This document shows positions 31,050 through 40,932 of a stretch of 64,000 nucleotides of DNA, one piece after another. Positions within the stretch are counted from its first letter, which is position 1. Every line of letters starts with the position of its first letter. Source of the DNA: Candidatus Bathyarchaeota archaeon (GTDB taxonomy: Archaea > Thermoproteota > Bathyarchaeia > Bathyarchaeales > Bathycorpusculaceae). The notes beneath the pieces were generated by a model. That model searched no databases, was not told where the DNA came from, and saw nothing but the letters and a program-made list of their open reading frames with translations. Location of the stretch: contig CAVYRJ010000007.1 in assembly GCA_963770935.1 (NCBI GenBank), forward strand, positions 32,001 to 96,000, in the 5' to 3' direction. Both the position numbers and the translations under genes were made by a program.

Positions 31050-31724
31050 TTAAGACTTGCTGTTTCTGGGTTTTCGCTTAATTGTGCGTTTCACTGGGTC
31101 AAATCGTTTTAGTTGGTCCTCAAGTGATTTTCTGCGCACTTCCAGCGTGATGTCGCCCCGCGTAGACTCAATGATTCGCCTCGCAATGTCTGATTTGTGT
31201 CTGAGTCCTGGGACAAGCATGTAAGCCTCATCCAACGCTAACATTTGAATGAAGACTTGGTCCATGATTTGGAGGCATTTTTCGCCTTTCTCAACTTCGC
31301 CCTCTCGCAGGTTATCAAGCGCCAAACGCCTGTACTCGCCGATAACATCAGCTAAACCCAGCACATAATCGACAGAAGGCACATTAATCTCCGCTGGCGT
31401 CACAAACCGCTCTTCCCTAACTAATACCAAGAAGATGTTCGCTTCAGAATATTCTTGAAATGCCGCGCTAAGCATGCCCCCGTAAATGATTTCGGGGTAC
31501 TGTTTAGCTTGTTCTTGGAGTCTTACGATTTTTTCTTTGGCGCTTGCAACCATTTTTTCGGCATCGTCGAATCTTTTTTGGTGAATAAGCAGAATCGCTT
31601 GTTTAGATAGGCTTGTGGCTTTACGCATACTTTCATGCGTTTCCTCGCGAATCTGGTTCTTTTCCATAAGCTCGCATTTTACTGCTTGGATAACTGCTTC
31701 TAGAGAGGACAATACTGCACCCAA
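31050..31724 (-). CDS. Translin/Trax family protein
   Basis: FQEYSEA, DYVLGLADVIGEYRR and LRHKSD. Confidence 0.88.
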   Translation of the reverse strand: MGAVLSSLEAVIQAVKCELMEKNQIREETHESMRKATSLSKQAILLIHQKRFDDAEKMVASAKEKIVRLQEQAKQYPEIIYGGMLSAAFQEYSEANIFLVLVREERFVTPAEINVPSVDYVLGLADVIGEYRRLALDNLREGEVEKGEKCLQIMDQVFIQMLALDEAYMLVPGLRHKSDIARRIIESTRGDITLEVRRKSLEDQLKRFDPVKRTIKRKPRNSKS

Positions 31725-31779
31725 TAAAAGGATTGGTTTGGTTGTTTATTTCAATTTCTTAAAAAACCTACGCATATTC

Positions 31780-31971
31780 TTATATCGGTTGGGAGCCTGC
31801 CCACTTCTCAACAAGCAGCCTTCCATCGCCTAAAGCGAAGCTTACTTTAACAAAAACTGTGCCTCCGCCCTTAAACGGGAACATGCTGTCCTCTGCCAAG
31901 TCTTTAGGCAAGTAAACAAGGTACTTGCCGTCTTTCCTTCGAAATAGCCTTCCTCTTCCTTCGCTTACCAT
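31780..31971 (-). CDS. small AbrB/MazE-like swapped-hairpin protein
   Basis: DGKYLVYLPKDLAE...LLVEK pattern. Confidence 0.55.
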   Translation of the reverse strand: MVSEGRGRLFRRKDGKYLVYLPKDLAEDSMFPFKGGGTVFVKVSFALGDGRLLVEKWAGSQPI

Positions 31972-32114
31972 AGCATGATCCCCGAATGACCAAGACAGAA
32001 AAATTAGTATTTAAATTTATCCAACTCAAGGTTTTCATATTCGGAGTCTGATTGAATGCAAAAAGTTGCAGAATCCTAAGAGCGATAGTTTTCCGTTCAC
32101 AGGTAAGTAGTTAG

Positions 32115-33083
32115 TTAGGCTCTAATCTGAATCGGCTTCTCTAACCTACTTAATAGCACCACACGACTCTCAGGCGCTTCATTGATTACTTTGTACCCTG
32201 TTTTCTCAGCTAATTGTGCTGCGAAATCCTTGACTTCTTCATGCATGGGCATGCGGTCAAAGCCTAAGCGTAGATTTGAAAAGCCAATATGCATGTAGGC
32301 TTTCGCTTCGATGTAAGTGGGGTTAGCATTCTCTACAAGTCGGGCGTACGAGTCGACTAAATTCATATTATGCTCCTTTACCAGAGTCATGCGGATTACG
32401 GTTGGGCAATGAAAACTCTGTAGCAAACCAAGCGTTTCATTCAGCTTTGCCCATGCACCGGGAAATAGGGGGCGGCAAACCCTTTTGTAGACTTGCTCGT
32501 TGGGAGCGCAAAGTGAAATGTACAGTTGGGTGGGTTCTTGACTTAACTTCGAGAGTTTGGACGGCAGTGTACCGTTTGAAACAAGAAACGTGGTTAAGCC
32601 TTTCTGGTGGAACGTGCGGATAAGTTCGCCCAGCGGCTCGTAGAGTGTTGGTTCACCAGTTAAGCTTATCGCCACTTGCTTGGGTCGTTGCGCTTCTTGG
32701 AATTTGCGCCAATTCGTCTTCTCGTTACCCTTATAGCCGCTCAAAATTTTTTCCTGTGCCCTGAAACAGCCCTCAACAATCTCTTCGGGAGTGTCTTTGG
32801 CTGGGTTTTTCATCTCATCCCATTTAACCTCCAAGTCTCCGCTCTGTGCCCTCCAACAAAACAGGCATTGATGCGTACAAGAGTATAGGGACGGTGTCAT
32901 CTGGATGCATCGGTGGGATTGAATGCCATAAAACTTCTGCTTATAACATACTCTTCCGTTGACTATGGATTCGTAAAGCCACTTGCATCTTTTAACCGCT
33001 GAGTGACTTCCGATTAAATGATACTTTTGCTTTTTGAGAGCGCCTAAAAGCGGGGATGCCCCATTGTTTTCCAAGGAATACAC
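32115..33083 (-). CDS. taw1: 4-demethylwyosine synthase Tyw1/Taw1 (radical SAM)
   Basis: HSAVKRCKW, CYKQKFYGIQSHRC, CTHQCLFCWR and SLTGEP. Confidence 0.95.
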   Translation of the reverse strand: MYSLENNGASPLLGALKKQKYHLIGSHSAVKRCKWLYESIVNGRVCYKQKFYGIQSHRCIQMTPSLYSCTHQCLFCWRAQSGDLEVKWDEMKNPAKDTPEEIVEGCFRAQEKILSGYKGNEKTNWRKFQEAQRPKQVAISLTGEPTLYEPLGELIRTFHQKGLTTFLVSNGTLPSKLSKLSQEPTQLYISLCAPNEQVYKRVCRPLFPGAWAKLNETLGLLQSFHCPTVIRMTLVKEHNMNLVDSYARLVENANPTYIEAKAYMHIGFSNLRLGFDRMPMHEEVKDFAAQLAEKTGYKVINEAPESRVVLLSRLEKPIQIRA

Positions 33084-33250
33084 CGAGTTGCTGTAACATT
33101 AGAAAAAGCGTCTTTTAAAAATCCCTATGCTCACAAGTAATTTTCTGCTTGAAATATCCTTTAAGATGTATCTATTCATTCAGGCTTATGTTGGACATTT
33201 AAAAGGTAAAGTTTAAAATCATCTCTTAATTAAATCATGAGCATTCGAGA

Positions 33251-35344
33251 ATGATGGCTATCTATTTAGGAGCGCAGATTGGTTTGAACAAGAAAATTAT
33301 TACAGTTTCCATTTTATTCCTTATTACGTTAGCCGCAGTGGTAACGCCCCTTGATGTCTATGCGCAGACAAACATTGGCGTAGCGATTATCCAAATAACC
33401 CCAAGTACAGCAACTGGACCAGTGGGAACAAGTGTAAACATTCAGGGATCCATTTACACTAAAAACGGTTCTTACCAGCTTATATTAGGTAAAACTGTTG
33501 TTGCAAGCAGTATTTCTGAAGGTTACTATGTTAATAGAAACTTTACCGTACCCGAGCTGCCAAGTGGTCCGTATGCATTAATACTTAGAGATGTTGCCAT
33601 CAACATTAATTATTCTTCAGCTTTTACGGTTTCAACCGGCTACATGATAAATGCGATTCCTTCATCGGTGCAGGAAGGCAGTAGTGTTACATTAAACGTT
33701 AGCGTTACTGGCGGTCAAATAAGCACTTCATACAACGCCGATATTTCTGTGTCTTTCCCAAGTTCGCTTGGCACCACATACTCAAAAATTGTTTTCTTAG
33801 GGACCCCCAATGTAAAGGGAACTGCAAGTGCACAACTCACTTTTCCCGATAGCAGTTTCCAGCCCAGTGGTTCAACTACTGTTTATGCTGGAGTATACTC
33901 AGTCTACTTTAACAAATCTGCATCTTTAGCGCAAAACCAGTTCTCAGTAAATTTCATCGATTCAACCACCTACCATAGAGGTCAAACAGTAAATGTGCGA
34001 GCGATAGGTTATCAACCTAACGAACCGGCAACCCTTACTGTAACAAATGTTAAATCTAGTTCACCCCTTGACACCGTCTCAGCAACGGCTTCAGCTGAAG
34101 GCATAATTACCACAAGCTGGGCAGTTCCCTCTAAAGCCGACATTGGTGACTATACAATAAAAATATCTCCTCAAAACAATCCGAAATCAATACCGGATTC
34201 AGAAACCTTTTCAGTTATTGGATATTCAGTTAAAGTTCAAACTACAAATTTAGCTGGTGAAGTTGTCCCTGAAATATCGATTCAAGCCCTTGATGTGTCA
34301 ACAAACACTGTGTATGACGCTATTAGTGGTTCAGACGGGGTTGCAAACTTAAAGCTTGACAAAGGAACCTACGCTTTAACAGCCCTCTGGAACGGCGTTA
34401 GTGCTGGAGGAACAAACATTACCGTCAGCGGAGATGCAACCTTTAATTTCCCTCTCCAGTTAACTAATATTAAGATTACAGTAAAAAGCATCAACGGAGT
34501 TACAATGCCTTTCGTTGACTTAAACATAGAATACCAATCAAATACCGTGGGTGCTTCAGGCCAAACAGACTCTTCAGGAAGCTTCATTTTACATTCAGCG
34601 TTAGCGGGCTCAAGTTACACCATAGACGCATCAATTTACGATCAAATCTTTAATGCAGGCAACAACACCATAAGTAATCTCCCCGCTCAGGCAACCGTCC
34701 AAGTATTCATTATTTGTCCAAGCAAGACACTTTCACTCAAAGTTGTCGGTTATAACCAGGAAGCAATTCCAGATGCGCGCATAGAACTGGTAGAGTTGTC
34801 AAACGGTTTGTTCTATTCTGCCACAACCGACAACAATGGTGCAGCCTCAGCTCAAGCTACCTTCGGAATGTACCGAGCGAGAGTCTATAAGGGTAATGCC
34901 CTGATTAATGAAACAAACGTACAAGTCTTCAACGACAGTCAGCAGCAAATCCGGTGTACACTATTTGGTATTCAACTTTCAGTTGCAGTTGTTGATTTCT
35001 TCGGCAATCCAATCTCTAATGTAAAAGTCACTTTGAATGGTCCTGAAAAACTCTCGGAAGTCACTCAGAGTAATGGAAAAGTCACTTTCAACAATATTGT
35101 CGGCGGAAACATGCAGATAATAGCTCAAGCTACAGGAACAAAGGATGCCTATCAAGCTTTAGCATTAACTGTTAACGAGCCAACAGTGGTGCAGATAAAG
35201 ATTGACAAGTATGTTGCTTTGGGGTCGTTGCTGATACCTGCAAGCTCGCTTATTACGATACTGATAATATTGATAGCCATAATCTTGTTTGCTCTCGTAG
35301 AAATCTACAGACGAAAAAGAGCCAAACCCGCCACGGCAAACTAA
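33251..35344 (+). CDS. cell-surface protein with Ig-like/carboxypeptidase-regulatory-like repeats, C-terminal TM anchor
   Basis: Signal peptide, repeated TD.NG/G.Y beta-sandwich units, TM followed by RRKRAK. Confidence 0.78.
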   Translation: MMAIYLGAQIGLNKKIITVSILFLITLAAVVTPLDVYAQTNIGVAIIQITPSTATGPVGTSVNIQGSIYTKNGSYQLILGKTVVASSISEGYYVNRNFTVPELPSGPYALILRDVAININYSSAFTVSTGYMINAIPSSVQEGSSVTLNVSVTGGQISTSYNADISVSFPSSLGTTYSKIVFLGTPNVKGTASAQLTFPDSSFQPSGSTTVYAGVYSVYFNKSASLAQNQFSVNFIDSTTYHRGQTVNVRAIGYQPNEPATLTVTNVKSSSPLDTVSATASAEGIITTSWAVPSKADIGDYTIKISPQNNPKSIPDSETFSVIGYSVKVQTTNLAGEVVPEISIQALDVSTNTVYDAISGSDGVANLKLDKGTYALTALWNGVSAGGTNITVSGDATFNFPLQLTNIKITVKSINGVTMPFVDLNIEYQSNTVGASGQTDSSGSFILHSALAGSSYTIDASIYDQIFNAGNNTISNLPAQATVQVFIICPSKTLSLKVVGYNQEAIPDARIELVELSNGLFYSATTDNNGAASAQATFGMYRARVYKGNALINETNVQVFNDSQQQIRCTLFGIQLSVAVVDFFGNPISNVKVTLNGPEKLSEVTQSNGKVTFNNIVGGNMQIIAQATGTKDAYQALALTVNEPTVVQIKIDKYVALGSLLIPASSLITILIILIAIILFALVEIYRRKRAKPATAN

Positions 35345-35454
35345 ATTTCCCCCTTTAATAGAAAAAAGTTTATATGGTTTCCAAATCACTTAAAGAAAGC
35401 TAAGGACCAGTACAAAAAACACAACATTTTGAATTGACAATTGAGGTGTATCTG

Positions 35455-35742
35455 TTGGCTCAATCAAAAGCTTGTTCTCCAGCATGTCAATCTTTTAAGT
35501 GTGCAAAAAACTCTGTGTTCTACAGACGCGACTCTGTTTGGTGTAGAGAGACCGAAGAACAATGTAACGTTGCAAAATGTACATATTCAATGTGCATGAA
35601 AAGACGTATGCTACCTGGTGGGATTTGCGGCGAAACCGTTAAACGCAAAACCGTTGAAAAAGATGTCGACGACTTCTTCGATGATTCAGTGAAGATTAAA
35701 GGAAAGGCACTGCGTAAACTCGGAGACCAAGACTTCTATTAA
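35455..35742 (+). CDS. Cys-rich hypothetical protein
   Basis: 8 Cys in the N-terminal 60 aa; GAGGTG RBS upstream of TTG. Confidence 0.7.
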   Translation: MAQSKACSPACQSFKCAKNSVFYRRDSVWCRETEEQCNVAKCTYSMCMKRRMLPGGICGETVKRKTVEKDVDDFFDDSVKIKGKALRKLGDQDFY

Positions 35743-35793
35743 ACAAAAGGCTAAAAACAAAACTTGATCGTGAAAACGCGAGTTTTTTTCTAT

Positions 35794-35955
35794 CTATTTA
35801 GATTTAACCCGTTTAACTACTGGCGGCTTAACCTTCTTCAGAATCCTGTATCCACAGATGATGCATTTGGTTTCTCCACCACGTAACTCTAACTCTTCAG
35901 ATGGTACTCTTGAGCCGCATCTCATGCATTCATAAACAATTCCAGATTTTTCCAT
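35794..35955 (-). CDS. rpoP: RNA polymerase subunit P (Rpo12)
   Basis: YECMRCG...KCIICGYRILKKVKPP. Confidence 0.92.
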   Translation of the reverse strand: MEKSGIVYECMRCGSRVPSEELELRGGETKCIICGYRILKKVKPPVVKRVKSK

Positions 35956-36033
35956 TGAAAGCGCCTGTCCTACAAAGAAAAGCATTTTACTTTTAAACAT
36001 TTCCAATTACTTGCAGATAATGAGGATGGTTAG

Positions 36034-36894
36034 TTGAGAAAACGGCTTCGAGACAAGCTCTCCGCGGCTTTGCCGCCCGATCAGCTCCGTAGAGTTTACA
36101 GTTCATTCGATATTGTAGGCGACATAGCCATAGTCAAACACAATAAAGTCCAAAATCCCGAATCCGTCGCAAAACAGATAATGGCTACTCATAAGAATAT
36201 TAAAACTGTCCTCACTCCAACTACCCGCATAGAAGGCGACTTCAGAGTTAGAGAATTAATGTTGTTAGCGGGAGAAAACAAAACAAGCACAATCCATAAG
36301 GAGTCTGGATGTACCTTTAAGGTGGATGTTGAGAAATGCTATTTTTCACCCAGACTTTCGCATGAGCACAAACGTATCGCAGAACTCGTTTTGCCCGGCG
36401 AGGTGATTGTTAACATGTTTGCAGGCGTCGGCTGCTTTAGCATACTCATCGCAAAAACCCAAAGCCAAAGCAGAGTCTACTCGATTGACGTCAACCCAAC
36501 CGCAGTTGAGTATATGGAGGAAAATATTAAAATCAATGATGTTTGCGGTCAGGTTATTCCGTTGCTGGGTGACTCAATGGACATAATCCAAACTCGCTTG
36601 CAAGGTGTCGCTGATCGAGTTCTAATGCCGCTGCCAGAGAAAGCCCTCGATTACCTGCCTTTTGCACTTTCTGCGCTCAAAAAAGTAGGCGGCTGGATTC
36701 ACTACTACGATTTTCAACATGCAGCGGGAAATGAAAACCCAGTTGAGAAAACCAAGCTTAAGGTTGCTGAAAAACTTGATAGCATCGGCGTAAGTTATGC
36801 GATTGTTAATTCGCGTGTGATGCGTCCGACTGGTCCAAACTGGTATCAAACAGTCCTAGACATAAACGTTGCCGTGTTGCCGAACAAGTTTTAA
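36034..36894 (+). CDS. Trm5/Taw2-family tRNA methyltransferase
   Basis: FDIVGDIAI, HKESG, YFSPRL, NMFAGVG and RVLMPLP. Confidence 0.9.
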   Translation: MRKRLRDKLSAALPPDQLRRVYSSFDIVGDIAIVKHNKVQNPESVAKQIMATHKNIKTVLTPTTRIEGDFRVRELMLLAGENKTSTIHKESGCTFKVDVEKCYFSPRLSHEHKRIAELVLPGEVIVNMFAGVGCFSILIAKTQSQSRVYSIDVNPTAVEYMEENIKINDVCGQVIPLLGDSMDIIQTRLQGVADRVLMPLPEKALDYLPFALSALKKVGGWIHYYDFQHAAGNENPVEKTKLKVAEKLDSIGVSYAIVNSRVMRPTGPNWYQTVLDINVAVLPNKF

Positions 36895-36929
36895 TAACTC
36901 AACGTTAACTATCTATTTTGTGGAATCCA

Positions 36930-37199
36930 ATGAAACGAAAATTAATGGAAATCCTCGCTTGCCCAATCGATAAGTATCATCCTTTGGACCTTCACGTTTT
37001 TGAAGAAAAAGACGAAATAGTGGAAGGATTAATCGTTTGCCCAAAATGTCTACGTTGGTACCCCATCCGCGATGAAATCCCAGAAATGCTGCCTGATGAA
37101 CTACGCAAAGAAGCAGACGATTTACCGTTTCTGAAGAAATGGAAGGAAAAAGCGCCCCAGAAAATTGTTTCTGAAGGCAAACCCTTTAACTTAAAATAA
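36930..37199 (+). CDS. Trm112 methyltransferase activator
   Basis: LMEILACP...EGLIVCPKCLRWYPIRDEIPEML. Confidence 0.92.
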   Translation: MKRKLMEILACPIDKYHPLDLHVFEEKDEIVEGLIVCPKCLRWYPIRDEIPEMLPDELRKEADDLPFLKKWKEKAPQKIVSEGKPFNLK

Positions 37200-37206
37200 G
37201 TTTTTT

Positions 37207-38157
37207 TTATCTTTTTATTTGTATTGCCCTGTTTTTTGCTGAGGACTGTAATGCAGCGGTTGCGACTTCTAGAGCTCTCACTCCGTCTTCGCCTGTAACG
37301 AGAGGCTTCTTTTTGTCCACTATGCAGTCGACGAAGTGTTGGAGTTCCTGTTTTAATGGTTCTTGGAACTGGTTTCTAGGCTGAACGGTTTCTTTTTGTT
37401 GCTCAATCCATAAATCCTGTGTAATATAGTCGAGTCGCATTATAGCGTCGCTTCCTGTGACGGTTAGGGAGCGGGTCTTGTAGGGTGTTAGCCAGTTGGA
37501 TTCAATGAATGCGCTTTTGCCGTCTTTGTAGGTTAGCATTATGTGGGCGTAGTCTTCAAATTTTTGGATTCTCATTTTGCCCATCTTTGCGTAAACAGAG
37601 ATTGGATCCTCATTGGAAATGAAGCGCATAACGTCAATATCATGAATGGCGGTGTCCTTGACGACTCCGACATCGCCGATTCGCTCGGGCCATTGAGAGA
37701 CACGTTTAGCTGTGGCACATACTAGTTCTCCAATTTTTTTGTTCTCAACTGACTGGCGAATAATTTGCAAACCAGGTATGAACCGCATGAGGAAGCCAAC
37801 GGTAAGGTGGAGACCGTTTTCTTGTGCTGTTTTCACCAGTTTCTGGGCTTGCTGGGTGTTAGTTGCCATTGGTTTTTCTACTAAAACGTGTTTTCCTGCA
37901 TTAAGCGCTTTGATTGCTTCTTTAGCCAGAATCGTAGACCACGTGCAAACATTTACCGCTTCAATAGATTTGTCTTTTAACATTTGTGCGCTGTCAGAGT
38001 AGGCTTTTACGCCGTATTGTGCAGCCATGGCTTTGGCTCTTTCCGGATTTACATCACAAACTGCGATAAGTTCAGTTGAAGTAAGTTCCTTGTATACTCG
38101 CGCGTGGTTTTTTCCCCATTGCCCAGTTCCGATTACTGCGACCCCAAGTTTCTTCAT
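37207..38157 (-). CDS. Gfo/Idh/MocA oxidoreductase (WbpB-like UDP-sugar 3-dehydrogenase)
   Basis: GTGQWGKNH, HVLVEKP, DTAIHDID and NWLTPYK. Confidence 0.88.
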   Translation of the reverse strand: MKKLGVAVIGTGQWGKNHARVYKELTSTELIAVCDVNPERAKAMAAQYGVKAYSDSAQMLKDKSIEAVNVCTWSTILAKEAIKALNAGKHVLVEKPMATNTQQAQKLVKTAQENGLHLTVGFLMRFIPGLQIIRQSVENKKIGELVCATAKRVSQWPERIGDVGVVKDTAIHDIDVMRFISNEDPISVYAKMGKMRIQKFEDYAHIMLTYKDGKSAFIESNWLTPYKTRSLTVTGSDAIMRLDYITQDLWIEQQKETVQPRNQFQEPLKQELQHFVDCIVDKKKPLVTGEDGVRALEVATAALQSSAKNRAIQIKR

Positions 38158-39482
38158 TTCTTATCAGTTCCTCTTCCTAAGCCAAGATATATGAAGCCTT
38201 CTGCTTCAACTTTTTGGGGTTCAAAAATACCTATTAAATCAACGATAACCGCTGGTGCTTTCATTAGGGCTTTTAGTTTTTTCAGGTTTAATTTTTTAAA
38301 CTCCTCCTGCCCCGTCAGAATTACAATGCAGTCTGTACCTTCCACCGCCTCATTTAAACTGGTCTTTACAACACGCCAATCTTGAGGACCCATCTTTGAA
38401 ACGGGGTCGTAAAGGTTGGGTTTAGCGCCTTTTTGTTCAATCATCTTAACGAAAACGCCAGTAGCCGTCGTTGGGTTAGCGGTGCCTAAAACTGCGATTT
38501 TTGCTCTGCGCAAAGGTTTGCCACCGCTTCTTAGAGCATCTTGTGTTAAATTAACCGCGTGTTTAACCATGTTCTCGTTAATCTGCCTAGCCAACGTTGG
38601 AAGCCTAAGCTTAGCATTCAAGTTCTCCGCGCTATCCAGCAGCAAATACGCTTCGTTTCGGTGTTCTTCTTCAACGATTGTCGGCCAAAAGCTCGGATCG
38701 TTGAGGTCAAGGAATTTTAAAACTTTGAAGTAGTCGGTGTTTGCGTTTTCGCAGAAAACCGACAGCTCGTTAGCTAATGCCCTGTTTGCATCTTGCTTTG
38801 CCACTGTGAAGAGCGTGGCTGTCTCTGCCGTTTTTATGTCGTTGATTTCCTTTACTTTTTTTGTAATAGTTTTGAGGATAATTGAAGCTGCGTTTAAGCT
38901 TGCTGGGTCGGCGGCTGCAACCTTCAACTCCAAGTCTGCAATCGCGGCCTTTAAGGTAAGGAGGGGGTTGTAGGCTAAACCAAAATCTTTCCCTACCTTG
39001 AGGCCCGACGTATTCTCCAATGTTTCTTTTACAGCGCCGTCAATGAAACCGATGCCTGCAATACCGCCATAAATAACCAACATGCCCTGATGGAGTGCTG
39101 CTCCGACTTGTTTACAAGCACTTACTATTTGTGAGTAATCTGTTTTTTTCTGTTCGTCCACTTTTGCTCCAATAGCTATTACGATGACGTCGCTTTGGGA
39201 AACAGCTTCTTTTCGGTCGTTGCTGACGCCTATTTGTCCCGAGTTGATGTGGTTTTTGAGGTTCGCTTCATCTCGCAGTTGCGAGTTTGGAGTTTTTCCC
39301 TTAGCCACCTTTTTCATAACCGTCGGGTCAGCGTCCGTGCAGATAACACTAAAGCCGACTTCAGCAAAAGCATTCGCGTAGCTGATTCCTTTTTGTCCAC
39401 ATCCGATAACGCTCACAGTATATTTTGAGCGCTTCTCCTTGGTGTCTACCTCTTCAGGTTTCAGGTTTAGGACTGGGGGCAT
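38154..39482 (-). CDS. UDP-glucose/GDP-mannose dehydrogenase-family protein with degenerate active site
   Basis: Overall three-domain layout (SGL..G.DFGLAY, ALANEL, ARQINENM, YDP) but catalytic motifs are altered. Confidence 0.78.
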   Translation of the reverse strand: MPPVLNLKPEEVDTKEKRSKYTVSVIGCGQKGISYANAFAEVGFSVICTDADPTVMKKVAKGKTPNSQLRDEANLKNHINSGQIGVSNDRKEAVSQSDVIVIAIGAKVDEQKKTDYSQIVSACKQVGAALHQGMLVIYGGIAGIGFIDGAVKETLENTSGLKVGKDFGLAYNPLLTLKAAIADLELKVAAADPASLNAASIILKTITKKVKEINDIKTAETATLFTVAKQDANRALANELSVFCENANTDYFKVLKFLDLNDPSFWPTIVEEEHRNEAYLLLDSAENLNAKLRLPTLARQINENMVKHAVNLTQDALRSGGKPLRRAKIAVLGTANPTTATGVFVKMIEQKGAKPNLYDPVSKMGPQDWRVVKTSLNEAVEGTDCIVILTGQEEFKKLNLKKLKALMKAPAVIVDLIGIFEPQKVEAEGFIYLGLGRGTDKK

Positions 39483-39519
39483 CAGCTATTTCTCCAAAGT
39501 AAAAGTTTTTTTTGGCTTA

Positions 39520-40890
39520 CTACATAGTTTCTAAGATTTGTTTAAGCCTTGAACTGTAGTCTTCCACTAGCTTTAATGCTTTTTCTTGGTTTTTCGCCTC
39601 AGCATACAATCGGAAAACTGGTTCTGTGCCGCTTGGCCGAATGAGAATAGCGCTGGCGTCGCTAAACCAAATTTTGACTCCGTCTATAGTGCTGACGTTT
39701 TCGCCCTTAACTTGTTCTGAGAGCTTTTGTAGGAGAGGTATCTTTTTGTCGTCTGCGCATTCTATTTTTCCTTTTTCAATAAAATACTGCGGTTGTTCAG
39801 CGACAAGTTCGGCAAGTGTTTTTCCTGTTTGCGCCATAGTGTTTAGCAGCAGTACAGTTGTCATTGCTCCGTCGCGGACCGCTTGGTGTGGACCGTAGAA
39901 CACTCCGCCGTTCTCTTCCCCACCAAGACTGGCGTTCTGTTCCTTCATTTTTTGGGAGACAGTTACGCTTCCAACCTTTGTCCAAATTAAGTCGCCCTTG
40001 TATGCTTCAACAGTGTCTTTGATTAAGGTGGAAGAACTGACCGGAGTTATTATTTTAGCGCCCGGATTCTTGAGCAGGTACTGTTTTATGATTATAGCGA
40101 AGGTTTTGTCTCCCCAATAAATCTCGCCGTTGCCGCCAACAAAGATTGAGCGGTCAGCGTCACCGTCAAATGCTACCCCCATGTCGGCTTTGATTGCTTT
40201 TACAGTTGAAGCCAAATCACCCAAACTTTCGGGACGTGGCTCAGGCAATCTTCCAGGGAAGGTACCGTCGATGTTGGCGTTTATGCTAGTGATTTTGCAG
40301 CCGAGTTCCCTCAATAGCGAGGGCGCAGTTAATCCACCTACGCTGTTTGCGGCATCCACAACCACATGGAAATGAGCGTTTGCAATTTTTGTTTTGTCAA
40401 CTTGTTTCTTGATAGCTTGAATGTATTCATCGTTAATTCCAAGCAACTCTCGCTTTGTTCCAAGTTTGTCCCAGGGGGCAAAAACGATTTTATTGTCAAA
40501 GTAAATGTTCTCTATTTCAACCTCTTGCTCATGTGAGGTTTCGATGCCGTCACCCCAAATAACCTTAATACCGTTGTATTCTGGGGGGTTGTGGGAAGCC
40601 GTGATGATAACTCCGCCATCCATCTTGTGGTTCTTAACAGCGAACTGCAGGGAAGGTGTTGGTGCCATTCCAGCGAAGAAAACATTGCATCCAGTGGCTG
40701 TCAATCCAGCAATCACTGCTTTAGCAAACATCGGACCGCTGGTTCTAGCGTCATATCCTAAAAGTAAGTTTTTTTCTTTTCCGAAAAAAGTTCCGATTGA
40801 AGTTCCAATTTTTATGGCCATTTCAGGCGTCAATTCTACGTTGACAAGGCCACGGATTCCGTTTGTTCCAAAAAGCTTTCTTGTACTCAT
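39520..40890 (-). CDS. glmM: phosphoglucosamine/phosphomannomutase
   Basis: LFGTNGIRG, TASHNP, DGDADR, GEENGG and IRPSGTEP. Confidence 0.9.
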   Translation of the reverse strand: MSTRKLFGTNGIRGLVNVELTPEMAIKIGTSIGTFFGKEKNLLLGYDARTSGPMFAKAVIAGLTATGCNVFFAGMAPTPSLQFAVKNHKMDGGVIITASHNPPEYNGIKVIWGDGIETSHEQEVEIENIYFDNKIVFAPWDKLGTKRELLGINDEYIQAIKKQVDKTKIANAHFHVVVDAANSVGGLTAPSLLRELGCKITSINANIDGTFPGRLPEPRPESLGDLASTVKAIKADMGVAFDGDADRSIFVGGNGEIYWGDKTFAIIIKQYLLKNPGAKIITPVSSSTLIKDTVEAYKGDLIWTKVGSVTVSQKMKEQNASLGGEENGGVFYGPHQAVRDGAMTTVLLLNTMAQTGKTLAELVAEQPQYFIEKGKIECADDKKIPLLQKLSEQVKGENVSTIDGVKIWFSDASAILIRPSGTEPVFRLYAEAKNQEKALKLVEDYSSRLKQILETM

Positions 40891-40932
40891 GTAAGTTCAA
40901 CTCAGTACTTACTTAACAAACAAGTCTAGGTT

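Noticed and set aside
33251-35344. Surface protein as substrate of the archaeosortase
   Set aside because: It has a TM and basic tail but no recognisable PGF/PEF-type motif (IPAS only); unsupported
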